64,000 nt of DNA from Mycobacteriales bacterium (GTDB taxonomy: Bacteria > Actinomycetota > Actinomycetes > Mycobacteriales > CADCTP01): contig DATDKW010000340.1 of NCBI GenBank assembly GCA_036519715.1, positions 30,073 through 94,072 of the forward strand. The letters are read 5' to 3'. The translations under genes were made by a program, and so were the position numbers. Below the pieces are notes generated by a model that saw only the letters and a list, made by a program, of their open reading frames with translations, had not been told where the DNA came from and searched no databases. Each line of letters begins with the position of its first letter. The first letter of the stretch is position 1. This document shows, one piece after another, positions 18,925 to 28,180 of this stretch.

Positions 18925-21711
18925 CTACGGCTCCGCGGCCTGAGCCGCCGGGTCGCGCTCGGCCAAGACCCGGGCCAGCTCCCGGCGGGAGCTGATGCCG
19001 AGCTTGGTGAACACCTTGCGCAGGTGCCACTCCACGGTCCGGGCGCTGAGGAACAGGTGCGCGCCGATGTCCGGGTTGGACAGTCCGTCCCGGGCCAGCC
19101 GCGCGATCTGCGCCTCCTGCGCGGTCAGGTCGTCGCCGGAACGGGCCGCCGGCGGGCGCACGGCCGCCCCGGTCAGCAGCAGCTCCTGCCGGGCCCGCTC
19201 GGCGAAGGCGGCCATGCCCATGGCCGCGAACAGGTCGAGGGCGGTGCGCAGCCGGCCGCGGGCGTCGAGCCGGCGGTTCGCCTGCCGCAGCCACTCGCCG
19301 TACAGGAGGTGGGTCCGGGCCAGCTCCGCCCGCAGCCGGGTCCGGCCCAGGTGGTCGACGGCCTTCAGGAACGCGCCCTCGGCGGTGTCCGGACCGCCGA
19401 GCAGGGCCCGGCACCGGGCCTCGATCCCCAGCGCCCAGTCGGTCCGGGTCGCCTGGGTCTTGTCGGTCAGCTCGTGCAGCGCCCGGACCGCCAGGTCGGT
19501 ACGGCCCGCCCGCGCGGCCGACTCGACCAGCTCGACCAGGCCCAGGTTGTGGGCGACGGCCTCGTACGGGTCCGCGCAGGCGTCCCGGGCGGCGGCCAGG
19601 GCCTCGTCGTACCGGCCGAGGGCGTTGGCCAGCAGGGCGTGGGCGTACCGGCTGACCGCGACGCCGATCCCTTCCCCGCGCGCGGCCGCCTCCCGGGCCG
19701 AGCGGGTGGCCAGCTCCCGCGCCGGCTCCTCCTCACCGCGCCAGGCGGCGACGAGGAGCGCCGCGTAGGGCGTCTCGGTGATGCCCGTGCCGGCGTAGAC
19801 CGACCGCACCTCCTCCACCAGCTCGGCCGCCTCGGCCAGCCGGCCGGACAGCAGGAGCATGGTGGTGCGGGGGCCGGACGCCAGCGGCAGCTCGGTCAGC
19901 GCCCCCGTCCGCCGGGCGGAGTCGAGGTGCCGCTGCGAGAGCTCGTCCGCGATGTCGTCCTCCCACAGCTCCTGGGCCAGGCTGCAGCCCTGGAGGAGCC
20001 AGCGGAGCCGCTCGCCGAGCGAGCCGTGGTTGCGGCGGAGCTGGGCCAGCGCCGCGCGGCCCAGGGGGACCGCCCCGGCGTAGTCGTCGGTGAGGGTGAC
20101 CCAGGCGTCGAGCAGCCGGTCGCCGGAGGTCTCCGTCCCGCTGGCCGGGCGGGGCGCGGCCCGGACGGCCCGGGCGACCTCGACGACCCAGGCACCGCCG
20201 TCGAACCGGGTCGCGAACTGGGCCGCGGAGTACGCCTCGAGATAGGTGGCGCGGGCCAGCCCGGGGTCGGAACCCTCCAGGCGCCGGGCCGCCCCGAGGA
20301 GCAGGGCGGTCACCTCGTTGCCGCGGCTGGAGGCGAAGGCGAGCCGCGCGCGCACCATGTCCAGCTGTGCCCGCTGCGGCTCGTCGAGGGGTCCCTCGCG
20401 GGCGATCCCCAGCAAGGTGCGGGCGGTGTCGAACGCACCGGCCTGCACGCGGGCCGAGGCCGCGGCCAGTGCGCGCCGCGCCCGTCCGGCCGGATCGGGG
20501 CTGAGCTCCGCCGCCCGGCCCAGGAACGCGCCGGCCGCGGCCAGCCCGCCGCGGGCTCGGGCCCGGTCGGCCGACCGTTCCAGCTCGGCCGCCACGTCCT
20601 CGTCCGGTCCGGCCGTCGCGCGGGCCCGGTGCCAGGCCCGGCGGTCCGGGTCCAGCTCGGCGTTGGTGGCGTCGGCGAGGGCCCGGTGCACCCGGCGGCG
20701 GTCGGCCGGCGCGGCCGCGCGGTACGCGGCCGGCCGGGCCAGCGGGTGGGCGAACTGTACCCGCCCGCGGACCTCCAGCAGGCCCGCGTCGACGGCGGGC
20801 TCGATCGCGGTCATGTCCAGGCCGAGGGCGCCGGCGGCGGTGTGCCGCAGCACCGGGTCGCCCAGCGGCTCGGCCGCGGCCGCGAGGACCAGGAGCTGGG
20901 TGCCGAAGGGAAGGGCCTGCAGGCGCTGGACGTAGCTCTGCGCGATCTTGCCGGTGACCGGCCGGCTCTCCGGCAGCCCGAACCCGCCGGCGAGGTCCTC
21001 GGCGGTCCAGGTGCGGGGCAGCTCCAGCAGCGCCAGCGGGTTGCCGTGGCTCTCCAGGACGATCCGGTCGGTCACGCCCTCGTCGAACGGACCGTGCAGG
21101 CTGGCCAGCAGCAGCGCGCGGGCGTCCGGGTCGGGAAGCCCCCCGACCGGCAGCGCGGGCAGCCCGGCCAGGACGTCGTCCCCGCTGCCGGTGCGCGCCG
21201 CGCACACCAGCGCCACCCGCTCGGCCAGCAGCCGGCGGGCGACGAACGCCAGGACCTGCGCGGAGGCCCGGTCGAGCCACTGCGCGTCGTCCACGACGCA
21301 CGCCACCGGCCGCCGCTCGGCCGCCTCCGCGACCAGCGAGAGGGTGGCGAGGGCGACCAGGAAGGGGTCCGGGGCCGACCCCGGTCGCAGCCCGAACACC
21401 GTCTCCAGGGCGTCGCGCTGCGGGACGGGCAGCCGTTCCAGCCCGTCCACCAGCGGTCCGCAGAGCTGGTGCAACGCGCTGTAGGCCAGCTCCATCTCCG
21501 ACTCCACCCCGGCAGCCGAGGCGACCCTCCAGCCCTCGACCCGGTCGGACAGGTGCCGCAGCAGGGCGCTCTTGCCCACGCCCGGCTCCCCGCGCAGGAT
21601 CAGCACGCGGCTGCCGCCGGCCTCGACGTCGGCGACGAGCCGGTCCAGCACCGCGGTCTCGCGCCGGCGCCCCAGCAGCGTGGTGGGAAGTGGGCCGTCC
21701 TGTTCCAGCAC
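18925..21711 (-). CDS. LuxR-family large ATP-binding (LAL) transcriptional regulator
   Basis: Walker A LRGEPGVGKSALL, Walker B CVVDDAQWLDRAS, a long helical repeat region, and a C-terminal LuxR HTH (LTAQEAQIARLARDGLSNPDIGAHLFLSARTVEWHLRKVFTKLGISSRREL). The GTG start at 21711 was chosen by comparing the N-terminus with the paralog at 23144..25894. ATG 21816 is an alternative. The 22029 start in the ORF track runs into an MFS remnant. Confidence 0.85.
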   Translation of the reverse strand: MLEQDGPLPTTLLGRRRETAVLDRLVADVEAGGSRVLILRGEPGVGKSALLRHLSDRVEGWRVASAAGVESEMELAYSALHQLCGPLVDGLERLPVPQRDALETVFGLRPGSAPDPFLVALATLSLVAEAAERRPVACVVDDAQWLDRASAQVLAFVARRLLAERVALVCAARTGSGDDVLAGLPALPVGGLPDPDARALLLASLHGPFDEGVTDRIVLESHGNPLALLELPRTWTAEDLAGGFGLPESRPVTGKIAQSYVQRLQALPFGTQLLVLAAAAEPLGDPVLRHTAAGALGLDMTAIEPAVDAGLLEVRGRVQFAHPLARPAAYRAAAPADRRRVHRALADATNAELDPDRRAWHRARATAGPDEDVAAELERSADRARARGGLAAAGAFLGRAAELSPDPAGRARRALAAASARVQAGAFDTARTLLGIAREGPLDEPQRAQLDMVRARLAFASSRGNEVTALLLGAARRLEGSDPGLARATYLEAYSAAQFATRFDGGAWVVEVARAVRAAPRPASGTETSGDRLLDAWVTLTDDYAGAVPLGRAALAQLRRNHGSLGERLRWLLQGCSLAQELWEDDIADELSQRHLDSARRTGALTELPLASGPRTTMLLLSGRLAEAAELVEEVRSVYAGTGITETPYAALLVAAWRGEEEPARELATRSAREAAARGEGIGVAVSRYAHALLANALGRYDEALAAARDACADPYEAVAHNLGLVELVESAARAGRTDLAVRALHELTDKTQATRTDWALGIEARCRALLGGPDTAEGAFLKAVDHLGRTRLRAELARTHLLYGEWLRQANRRLDARGRLRTALDLFAAMGMAAFAERARQELLLTGAAVRPPAARSGDDLTAQEAQIARLARDGLSNPDIGAHLFLSARTVEWHLRKVFTKLGISSRRELARVLAERDPAAQAAEP

Positions 21712-21825
21712 CCGCGACCTCCCGCTGGCGACCCGGGTCCGCGCCCACCGGCCCGGGGTCCGCGTCACGAACCGCCCACCACGATAGGGAGTCGGGGCCG
21801 GTCGCGCAGGCGACATCCGACTCCG

Positions 21826-22145
21826 CAGCGCGGTCAGGGCGATCGAGCACAGCACCGAGGCGACGAGCATGACCAGCAACCCGGCGACGAGGATCCGGCG
21901 CCGGCCGTAGTGGTCGATGAGGGCCCCGGCCAGCAGCAGCGCCGCGGCCGTCAGCAGGTGGCCGGTCACCACCCACTGCACCCCGGCAAGGCCGGCCCGC
22001 AGGTCGCGCTCGATCGCCGGCACCGCCACGGTGACGACCGAGGCGTCGACGAAGGCGACCAGGGACGCCAGGCCGGTGGCCGCGATCAGCCGGCGCCGCT
22101 GCGCAGCGCCACGTGCGGGCGCGCCGCCGCGCCGGGGACGGTCAT
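21826..22145 (-). pseudogene. Remnant of a DHA2-type MFS transporter (frameshifted N-terminus, truncated after about TM3)
   Basis: The ATG at 22145 overlaps the upstream gene's stop (ATGA), and this reading stops after 19 codons. Shifted one frame it reads ...RRRLIAATGLASLVAFVDASVVTVAVPAIERDLRAGLAGVQWVVTGHLLTAAALLLAGALIDHYGRRRILVAGLLVMLVASVLC, which is typical MFS TM1-TM3. It then degenerates into Arg-rich sequence. Confidence 0.65.
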
Positions 22146-22330
22146 CCCCGCACCGCTTCCACGTTCCGCCCGGCCTCGGTCACCGCCTGCTCCTCGGTGC
22201 GGCCCTGCTCGCGGGCGACGATGTACGGGGCGTACCAGTCCGACCAGTGGTGCGGGGGCGCGGTCGGCTCGTACTGGCCGTGGTGCTGCTCGGCCTCCCG
22301 GAGCAACTGGGTCAACCTCGCGACGTCCAT
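22142..22330 (-). CDS. Small conserved hypothetical protein (62 aa)
   Basis: The ATG is preceded by GGGAGGAG. Sequence: MDVARLTQLLREAEQHHGQYEPTAPPHHWSDWYAPYIVAREQGRTEEQ.... It resembles the C-terminal tail of the VOC protein at 26137..26799. The rest of the 319-aa ORF in the track is the opposite-strand shadow of the peroxiredoxin-like gene. Confidence 0.6.
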   Translation of the reverse strand: MDVARLTQLLREAEQHHGQYEPTAPPHHWSDWYAPYIVAREQGRTEEQAVTEAGRNVEAVRG

Positions 22331-22549
22331 GACGGCTCCTCCCTGGTTGCGTGCCGCCTCGACCCTGGCCCGGGGCGGCACGATCGCGACCCAGGGGACT
22401 CCCTGGTCCGCCGCCTGGTGTCCCGGCGGCCCGGCGGACACCAGGGATGGACCGGGGACGTCCCTGGGGCGAACGGGGCGCGCACGCGGGACGGTGGACC
22501 CGACAGTCCCCGGACGGCCCGGGAACCACGCTCCCGAGAGGAGTGCCCT

Positions 22550-23140
22550 GTGCGTTCCGACATCGTTCCCGGCGGCGTGTTCCCCGACTACGCGCTGCCC
22601 GACCAGACCGGCACCGTCCGGACCCTGAGCGAGCTGCAGGGCCGCGACCCGCTGGTCCTGCTGCTCGCCCGCGGGCACTTCTGCCCGAAGGACCACCAGC
22701 AGCACCTGGAGCTGGCGGCGTTCCAGTCGAAGGTCGCCGTGGCGTACACGCAGATGGTGACGATCTCCACCGACGACCACCACACGATGCAGGAGATGCG
22801 GGCGTCGGTGGGGGCGCAGTGGCCGTTCCTGTCCGACCCCGGGCGGATCATCCAGAAGGACCTCGACATCCAGGAGTACACCGACCCCGAGCACGACCCG
22901 ATGGTGCCGCACACCCTGGTGCTCAAGCCGGGGCTGGTGATCCACAGCGTCTACAACGGCTACTGGTTCTGGGGCCGGCCGTCGCTGACCGACCTGTGGC
23001 ACGACCTGCGGAGCGCCACGGCGGAGATCCGGCCGGACTGGGACCTGAGCACGCCCGGGCTGCGCGAGGCCTGGGAGTCCGGCGACCACTCGTCGTTCCA
23101 CGGCTGGGACCGGCGCGCCGAGGCGACCGGGCAGCGGTGA
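22550..23140 (+). CDS. Thioredoxin-fold peroxiredoxin/redoxin-like protein
   Basis: The GTG start is preceded by GAGAGGAG. Sequence: FPDYALPDQTGTVRTLSELQGRDPLVLLLARGHFCPKDHQQHLELAAF...VTISTD...WPFLSDP, the pattern of the AhpC/TSA-like fold. Confidence 0.7.
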   Translation: MRSDIVPGGVFPDYALPDQTGTVRTLSELQGRDPLVLLLARGHFCPKDHQQHLELAAFQSKVAVAYTQMVTISTDDHHTMQEMRASVGAQWPFLSDPGRIIQKDLDIQEYTDPEHDPMVPHTLVLKPGLVIHSVYNGYWFWGRPSLTDLWHDLRSATAEIRPDWDLSTPGLREAWESGDHSSFHGWDRRAEATGQR

Positions 23141-23143
23141 CCG

Positions 23144-25894
23144 CTACCGGTCGGCGTCGGGGACGAACCGCCGGAGCTCCATGCGGGTGCTCACGCCGAG
23201 CTTGGCGAAGACCTTGCGCAGGTGCCACTCGACGGTGCGGGGGCTGATGTAGAGCGCGACGCCGATCTGCGGGTTGGTCAGGCCCTGGGCGGCGAGCCGG
23301 GCGATGTGGGCCTCCTGGGCGGTGAGCGCCGCGGGGCTGGAGAACGTACGCCGCTGCACCGTCTCGCCGGTGGCGCGCAGCTCGTGCCGCGCGCGCTCGG
23401 CGAAGGCGCCGGCGCCCATCGCGGTGAACCGCTCGTACGCGGCCCGCAGCTCGGCCCGGGCGTCGACGCGGCGGCCCTCGCGGCGCAGCCACTCGCCGTA
23501 GAGGAGCCGGGTCCGGGCCAGCTCGACCTCGACCCGGGTGCCGGACAGCCGGTCGACCGCCTCCCGGTAGCGGTCCTCGGCGGCGCGGCCCCGGTGCAGC
23601 AGGGCGCACCGGCCGGCCTGCACTCCCAGCGCCCAGTCCGTGCCGCTGGCGGTCGTCAGGGCCGTGAGCTCCTCGGCCGCGGCCGCCGCGGCCCGGACGT
23701 CTCCGGTGCGGGCGCCCGCCTCGACCAGCTCGGCCAGCGCCCACTTGGCCACGCCCAGCTGCAGGGGCTCCACCGCGGCCTCGCGCGCCGCCGCGAACGC
23801 GTCCCCGTAGCGGCCCAGGCCGTTGGCCAGCACGGCGCGGGCCCACAGCGCCAGGCCGATGCCGACGCCCTCGCCGCGGGCGACGACGTCGTCCAGGCAC
23901 TGCTGGATCAGGGTCTCGGCGGGCTCGGGGTCGCCCCGCAGGGCCAGCAGGCCCACCTCCCCGTACGGGGCCAGGGTGCTGCGGGTGACCTCGGTGATCG
24001 ACCGGGTCTCCTCGACCAGGGACGCCGCCGCAGCCAGGTTCCCGGTGAACAGCTGCACGACGGTGCGGGTGTTCAGGGCCAGCGGCATCGCCCCGAGCGC
24101 CCCGGTCCGCCGGGCGAAGTCCAGGTGCCGGCCGGTGAGCGCGTCCCAGGCGGTGTCGTCCCACAGCGACACCGCCGCGACCGCGGCCAGCCAGGCCGAC
24201 CGCACCGCCTCGTCCGTGGTCAGGTCCTCGGTGGCGTACGCCTGCACGGCCCGGCGCAGCAGCGGCGCCGCCGGGGCGTACCCGTCGGTGAACAGGACAG
24301 CGAGCCCGTCGAGCAGGGTGTCGCCCTTGCGCGGAGGGTCCGCCGGCGTGGCCGCCCGGACCGCCCGGGCCACCGCCGAGGCGTCCGGGCCGGCCGTCAG
24401 CCGGCCGGCGAACAGGGCCGCGGACAGCGCGTCCAGGTACGTGTCGCCGGCCAGGTGCCGGTCCAGCGGCTCCAGCCGCCGGGCGGCGGCGAGCAGGAGC
24501 GGGAGGGCCTCGTTGCCGCCCCGCTCGGCGAAGGCCAATTGGGCCTCCAGCAGCTCGACCCGCGCCCGCTCGGCCGCGCCGAGCGGTCCCACCCCGGCCG
24601 CGGCCAGCAGCCGCGCCGCCTCCGGGAACGAGCCCGCGCTGGCCTTGGCCTGGGCCGCGTCCAGCGACCGCAGGGCCCGCCGGACCGGGTCGGGGGTGAG
24701 TGCCGCGGCCTGCTCGAGGAACGCCGCGGCCGCCGCCAGCCCGCCGCGGGCCAGCGCGCGGTCAGCGGAGCGGACGAGGTCGGCGGCGACGGCCTCGTCC
24801 GCGCCGGCCGCGGCCCGGGCCCGGTGCCAGGCCCGGCGGTCCGGATCCAGGTCGGGGTCGGTGGCGTCGGCGAGCGCCCGGTGCACCTGCCGCCGCTCGG
24901 CCCGGGTGGCGGAGCCGTAGAGGGCGGAGCGGACGAGCGGGTGCCGGAACCGGACCCGGTCGCCCAGCTCGACCAGACCGGCCGTGTCCGCCGCCGCGGC
25001 GTCCAGGTCCATGCCGAGCCGCTCGACGGCGCTGCGCACCAACGCGACGTCGCCGATCGGTTCCGCGGCCGCGGTGAGCAGCAGCCGGCGGGACGGCTCC
25101 GGGAGCGGGTTGGCCTGCCGCCGGAAGCCCTCCTCCAGGCGGCGGACCAGGGATGTCGCGGTGCTGCCGGCGGTGCCGCCGAACGCCAGCTCGACCGGGG
25201 ACAACCCCCGGGGCAGCTCCAGCAGGGCCAGCGGGTTGCCGTGGCACTCGGCCAGGATCCGGTCCCGGACCCGGGGGTCGAGCGCGCCGGTCACCGCCGA
25301 GTCGAGCAGGGCCCCGGCGTCCGCGTCGCCCAGCGGCGGCACGTCCAGCTCGGGCAGCTCGGCGAACCGGGGCTCCGGGCCGGACCGCCGGGCCGCCAGG
25401 ACCAGGGCGACGGGCTCGGCCGCGAGCCGGCGGGCCAGGACCTCCAGCGCCTGTGCCGACGCCTGGTCCAGCCACTGCGCGTCGTCCACGACGCACACCA
25501 GCGGCCGTTCCTCGGCCACCTCGGACAGCAGGGTGAGCACCGACAGGCCGACCAGGTAGCGGTCCGGGGGGTGGCCGGCGCGCAGCCCGAACGCCGCGCC
25601 GAGCGCGTCCCGCTGGGGGCCGGGCAGCCCCGCCAGCCGGTCCAGGTACGGGCCGCAGAGCTGGTGCAGGCCGGAGAAGGCGAGCTCCATCTCCGACTCG
25701 ACGCCGGCGGCCCGGGCCACTCGGCAGCCCGCGGCCCGGGCCAGCAGGAAGTCCAGCAGCGCCGTCTTGCCGATCCCGGCCTCGCCGCGCAGCACGAGGA
25801 CCTGGCTGCGGCCGGCCTTCGCGGCGGCGACGAGGCCGGCGAGCCGGTCGCACTCGGCGCGCCGGCCCCGCAGTCCCGGCCACGAGCTGGACAT
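23144..25894 (-). CDS. LuxR-family large ATP-binding (LAL) transcriptional regulator, paralog of 18925..21711
   Basis: Walker A LRGEAGIGKTALL. The block GVESEMELAFSGLHQLCGPYLDRLAGLPGPQRDALGAAFGL is nearly collinear with the other LAL. Walker B CVVDDAQWLDQAS. C-terminal LuxR HTH: LTAQEAHIARLAAQGLTNPQIGVALYISPRTVEWHLRKVFAKLGVSTRMEL. Confidence 0.9.
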   Translation of the reverse strand: MSSSWPGLRGRRAECDRLAGLVAAAKAGRSQVLVLRGEAGIGKTALLDFLLARAAGCRVARAAGVESEMELAFSGLHQLCGPYLDRLAGLPGPQRDALGAAFGLRAGHPPDRYLVGLSVLTLLSEVAEERPLVCVVDDAQWLDQASAQALEVLARRLAAEPVALVLAARRSGPEPRFAELPELDVPPLGDADAGALLDSAVTGALDPRVRDRILAECHGNPLALLELPRGLSPVELAFGGTAGSTATSLVRRLEEGFRRQANPLPEPSRRLLLTAAAEPIGDVALVRSAVERLGMDLDAAAADTAGLVELGDRVRFRHPLVRSALYGSATRAERRQVHRALADATDPDLDPDRRAWHRARAAAGADEAVAADLVRSADRALARGGLAAAAAFLEQAAALTPDPVRRALRSLDAAQAKASAGSFPEAARLLAAAGVGPLGAAERARVELLEAQLAFAERGGNEALPLLLAAARRLEPLDRHLAGDTYLDALSAALFAGRLTAGPDASAVARAVRAATPADPPRKGDTLLDGLAVLFTDGYAPAAPLLRRAVQAYATEDLTTDEAVRSAWLAAVAAVSLWDDTAWDALTGRHLDFARRTGALGAMPLALNTRTVVQLFTGNLAAAASLVEETRSITEVTRSTLAPYGEVGLLALRGDPEPAETLIQQCLDDVVARGEGVGIGLALWARAVLANGLGRYGDAFAAAREAAVEPLQLGVAKWALAELVEAGARTGDVRAAAAAAEELTALTTASGTDWALGVQAGRCALLHRGRAAEDRYREAVDRLSGTRVEVELARTRLLYGEWLRREGRRVDARAELRAAYERFTAMGAGAFAERARHELRATGETVQRRTFSSPAALTAQEAHIARLAAQGLTNPQIGVALYISPRTVEWHLRKVFAKLGVSTRMELRRFVPDADR

Positions 25895-26136
25895 GGCTGC
25901 ACCGCCTGAGTTGCCGCGCGGGCCGGCGCGGATCCCCGCCGACAGCGACGTCAGGCCGCGTCCGGCGCGGCACCGAAGTCGCGTCGGCTGACTCTAACCC
26001 GCCACCACACCACCGGACCGGACCGCGATGGGCCGCCGCGGCGGCGGCGAACCAGGGTCCCCGGCCAGGGTCGTGCCTGGTGTGAAGCGGCGCCGGACGG
26101 AGGGAGAGTGTCCCTGCCATGACCCGAGGAGGCCCG

Positions 26137-26799
26137 ATGAGCACGACGGACGCGCGCGGCGACGAGGTGACCCGGACCCCGGACGTCGCCACGACGGACA
26201 TGAAGCTGGAGGTGGTCGTCATCCCGGTGTCGGACGTGGACCGGGCGAAGGAGTTCTACACCCGGCTGCGCTGGCGGCTCGACGCCGACACCGGGGCCGC
26301 CGAAGGTTTCCGGCTGGTGCAGTTCACGCCGCCGGGCTCGGCCTGTTCGGTGCAGTTCGGCCGCAACCTCACCAGCGCGCCGCCCGGCTCGGCCCAGGGG
26401 CTGCACCTGGTCGTGTCGGACATCGAGGCCGCCGCCGCCGAGCTGGACGCGCACGGCGTCGCCACCAGCGGCGTCTACCACTGCGAGGAGGGCTTCGCCT
26501 GCCGGTTCCCCGGCAACGGCGCGACGGTCCCGGGCCCGCTGCCGGACCACGGCACGTACGGGTCCTTCCTGTCCTTCGCCGACCCCGACGGCAACGGCTG
26601 GGTGCTGCAGGAGATCACCCGGCGGTTCCCCGGCCGGGTCACCGGCGACACCAGCTACGGCTCGGCCGGCGACCTCGCGCAGGCGCTGCGCCGCGCCGCC
26701 GCCGCGTGCGGCGCGCAGGGCACCGACGACGCGGGCTGGCCCGACCGCTACGCCGCCTTCCTCGTCGCCGAGCAGTCGGGCGAGGCCCCGCCGGCCTGA
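26137..26799 (+). CDS. VOC (glyoxalase/bleomycin-resistance/dioxygenase) superfamily protein with a C-terminal helical tail
   Basis: KLEVVVIPVSDVDRAKEFYT...FRLVQFTPPGS...HLVVSDIEAAAAEL...SFADPDGNGWVLQEI. The ATG at 26137 has a GAGGAGG ribosome-binding site. ATG 26119 is an alternative. Confidence 0.8.
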   Translation: MSTTDARGDEVTRTPDVATTDMKLEVVVIPVSDVDRAKEFYTRLRWRLDADTGAAEGFRLVQFTPPGSACSVQFGRNLTSAPPGSAQGLHLVVSDIEAAAAELDAHGVATSGVYHCEEGFACRFPGNGATVPGPLPDHGTYGSFLSFADPDGNGWVLQEITRRFPGRVTGDTSYGSAGDLAQALRRAAAACGAQGTDDAGWPDRYAAFLVAEQSGEAPPA

Positions 26800-26968
26800 C
26801 CGGCCCACCCGGTGGCCGGAGCGAGAGCGCCTTCCGGACCCTGCGCCCGGGCCGAGGCTGAGGCGACCGACGCCGGCCCGGAACCAGGGTCCTCACGGGC
26901 GCGACCGCGGGGTCGGACCGGCCACGCTGGCAACCGTCCGGGCAGCGCTCGACCAGAAGGAGTGCGTC

Positions 26969-28180
26969 ATGAGCACCACCCTCGAAGCCGCGATCGACAT
27001 GCGCCCGTTCCGGGTCGAGTTCCCCGACGAGGCCCTGGAGGACCTCCGCCGCCGGATCGCCGCCACGAACTGGCCGGAGAAGGAGACCGTGGACGACCAC
27101 TCCCAGGGGGTGCCGCTGGCCACGATGAAGGAGCTGGCCCGCCACTGGGCGACCGACTACGACTGGCGGGCCTGCGAGGCACGGCTCAACGCGCTGCCGC
27201 AGTTCGTCACCGAGATCGACGGCCTGGACATCCACTTCCTGCACGTCCGGTCCCGGCACGAGGGCGCGCTCCCCCTCGTGGTGAACCATGGCTGGCCCGG
27301 CTCCGTCATCGAGCAGCTCAAGATCGTCGAGCGGCTGACCGACCCCACCGCGCACGGCGGTACGGAGGCCGACGCCTTCCACGTGGTCGTCCCGTCGATG
27401 CCCGGTTACGGGTTCTCCGGCAAGCCGACCGGCACCGGCTGGGGGCCCGAGCGGATGGGCCGGGCCTGGGCGGAGCTGATGCAGCGCCTCGGCTACGACC
27501 GCTACGTCGCCCAGGGCGGCGACTGGGGCGCGTTCGTCGTCGACCAGATGGGCCTGCAGCACCCCGAGGGACTGCTGGCCATCCACACCAACATGCCGGC
27601 CACCGTCCCGGCCGAGATCGACCGGACGCTGCAGGCTGGCGGCCCGCCGCCGGAGGGGCTGTCGGCCGAGGAGCGGCAGGCGTGCGAGCAGCTGCTGCGG
27701 ACGTACAAGCAGGTCCAGTACGCGGTCTACATGGCGGCCCGCCCGCAGACCCTGTACGGCATCGCCGACTCGCCCGTCGGCCTGGCCGCCTGGCTGCTCG
27801 ACCACAACGACGCCGACGACCAGCCGGCCGCCGCCGTCCTGGCCGGGCTCGACCGGACCAGCAGCTCCAGCGGCGAGCTGACCCGCGACGAGATCCTCGA
27901 CAACATCACGCTCTACTGGCTGACCACCACCGGCGTGTCGGCGTCCCGGCTCTACTGGGAGTACCGGGGCGGCTTCTTCAACGCCAAGGGCGTCACCATC
28001 CCGGTCGCGGTCAGCGTCTTCCCCGGCGAGCAGTACCAGGCCCCGCGCAGCTGGACCGAGCAGGCCTATCCGCAGCTCATCCACTACAACCAGGTCGACC
28101 GGGGCGGCCACTTCGCGGCGTGGGAGCAGCCGCAGCTGTTCGCCGAGGAGCTGCGCGCCGCCTTCCGCTCCCTCCGCTGA
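26969..28180 (+). CDS. Epoxide hydrolase (alpha/beta hydrolase with N-terminal EH domain)
   Basis: PFRVEFPDEALEDLRRRIAATNWPEKE...LARHWATDYDWRACEARLNALPQFVTEIDGLDIHFLHVRS...PLVVNHGWPGSVIE...GGDWGA...GGHFAAWEQP. An AAGGAG ribosome-binding site lies upstream. Confidence 0.9.
   Translation: MSTTLEAAIDMRPFRVEFPDEALEDLRRRIAATNWPEKETVDDHSQGVPLATMKELARHWATDYDWRACEARLNALPQFVTEIDGLDIHFLHVRSRHEGALPLVVNHGWPGSVIEQLKIVERLTDPTAHGGTEADAFHVVVPSMPGYGFSGKPTGTGWGPERMGRAWAELMQRLGYDRYVAQGGDWGAFVVDQMGLQHPEGLLAIHTNMPATVPAEIDRTLQAGGPPPEGLSAEERQACEQLLRTYKQVQYAVYMAARPQTLYGIADSPVGLAAWLLDHNDADDQPAAAVLAGLDRTSSSSGELTRDEILDNITLYWLTTTGVSASRLYWEYRGGFFNAKGVTIPVAVSVFPGEQYQAPRSWTEQAYPQLIHYNQVDRGGHFAAWEQPQLFAEELRAAFRSLR

Noticed and set aside
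21917-22549. The N-terminal 211 codons of the 407-aa ORF that contains the peroxiredoxin-like gene
   Set aside because: This part has non-coding-like composition and overlaps the MFS remnant and the 62-aa gene on the other strand. A GTG with a good ribosome-binding site at 22550 begins the recognisable thioredoxin-fold sequence.
22331-23101. The upstream 257 codons of the 319-aa minus-strand ORF 22142..23101
   Set aside because: This is the antisense shadow of the peroxiredoxin-like gene. Only the last 62 codons have a ribosome-binding site, a start codon and a protein-like sequence.
19024-25909. Long plus-strand ORFs (19024..22332, 1102 aa; 23222..25909, 895 aa) and other-frame minus-strand ORFs (19733..21976, 22923..24164, 24762..26222) across the two LAL genes
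   Set aside because: They have low-complexity Arg/Pro/Gly composition and no motifs. They are antisense or out of frame relative to the well-supported LAL regulators.
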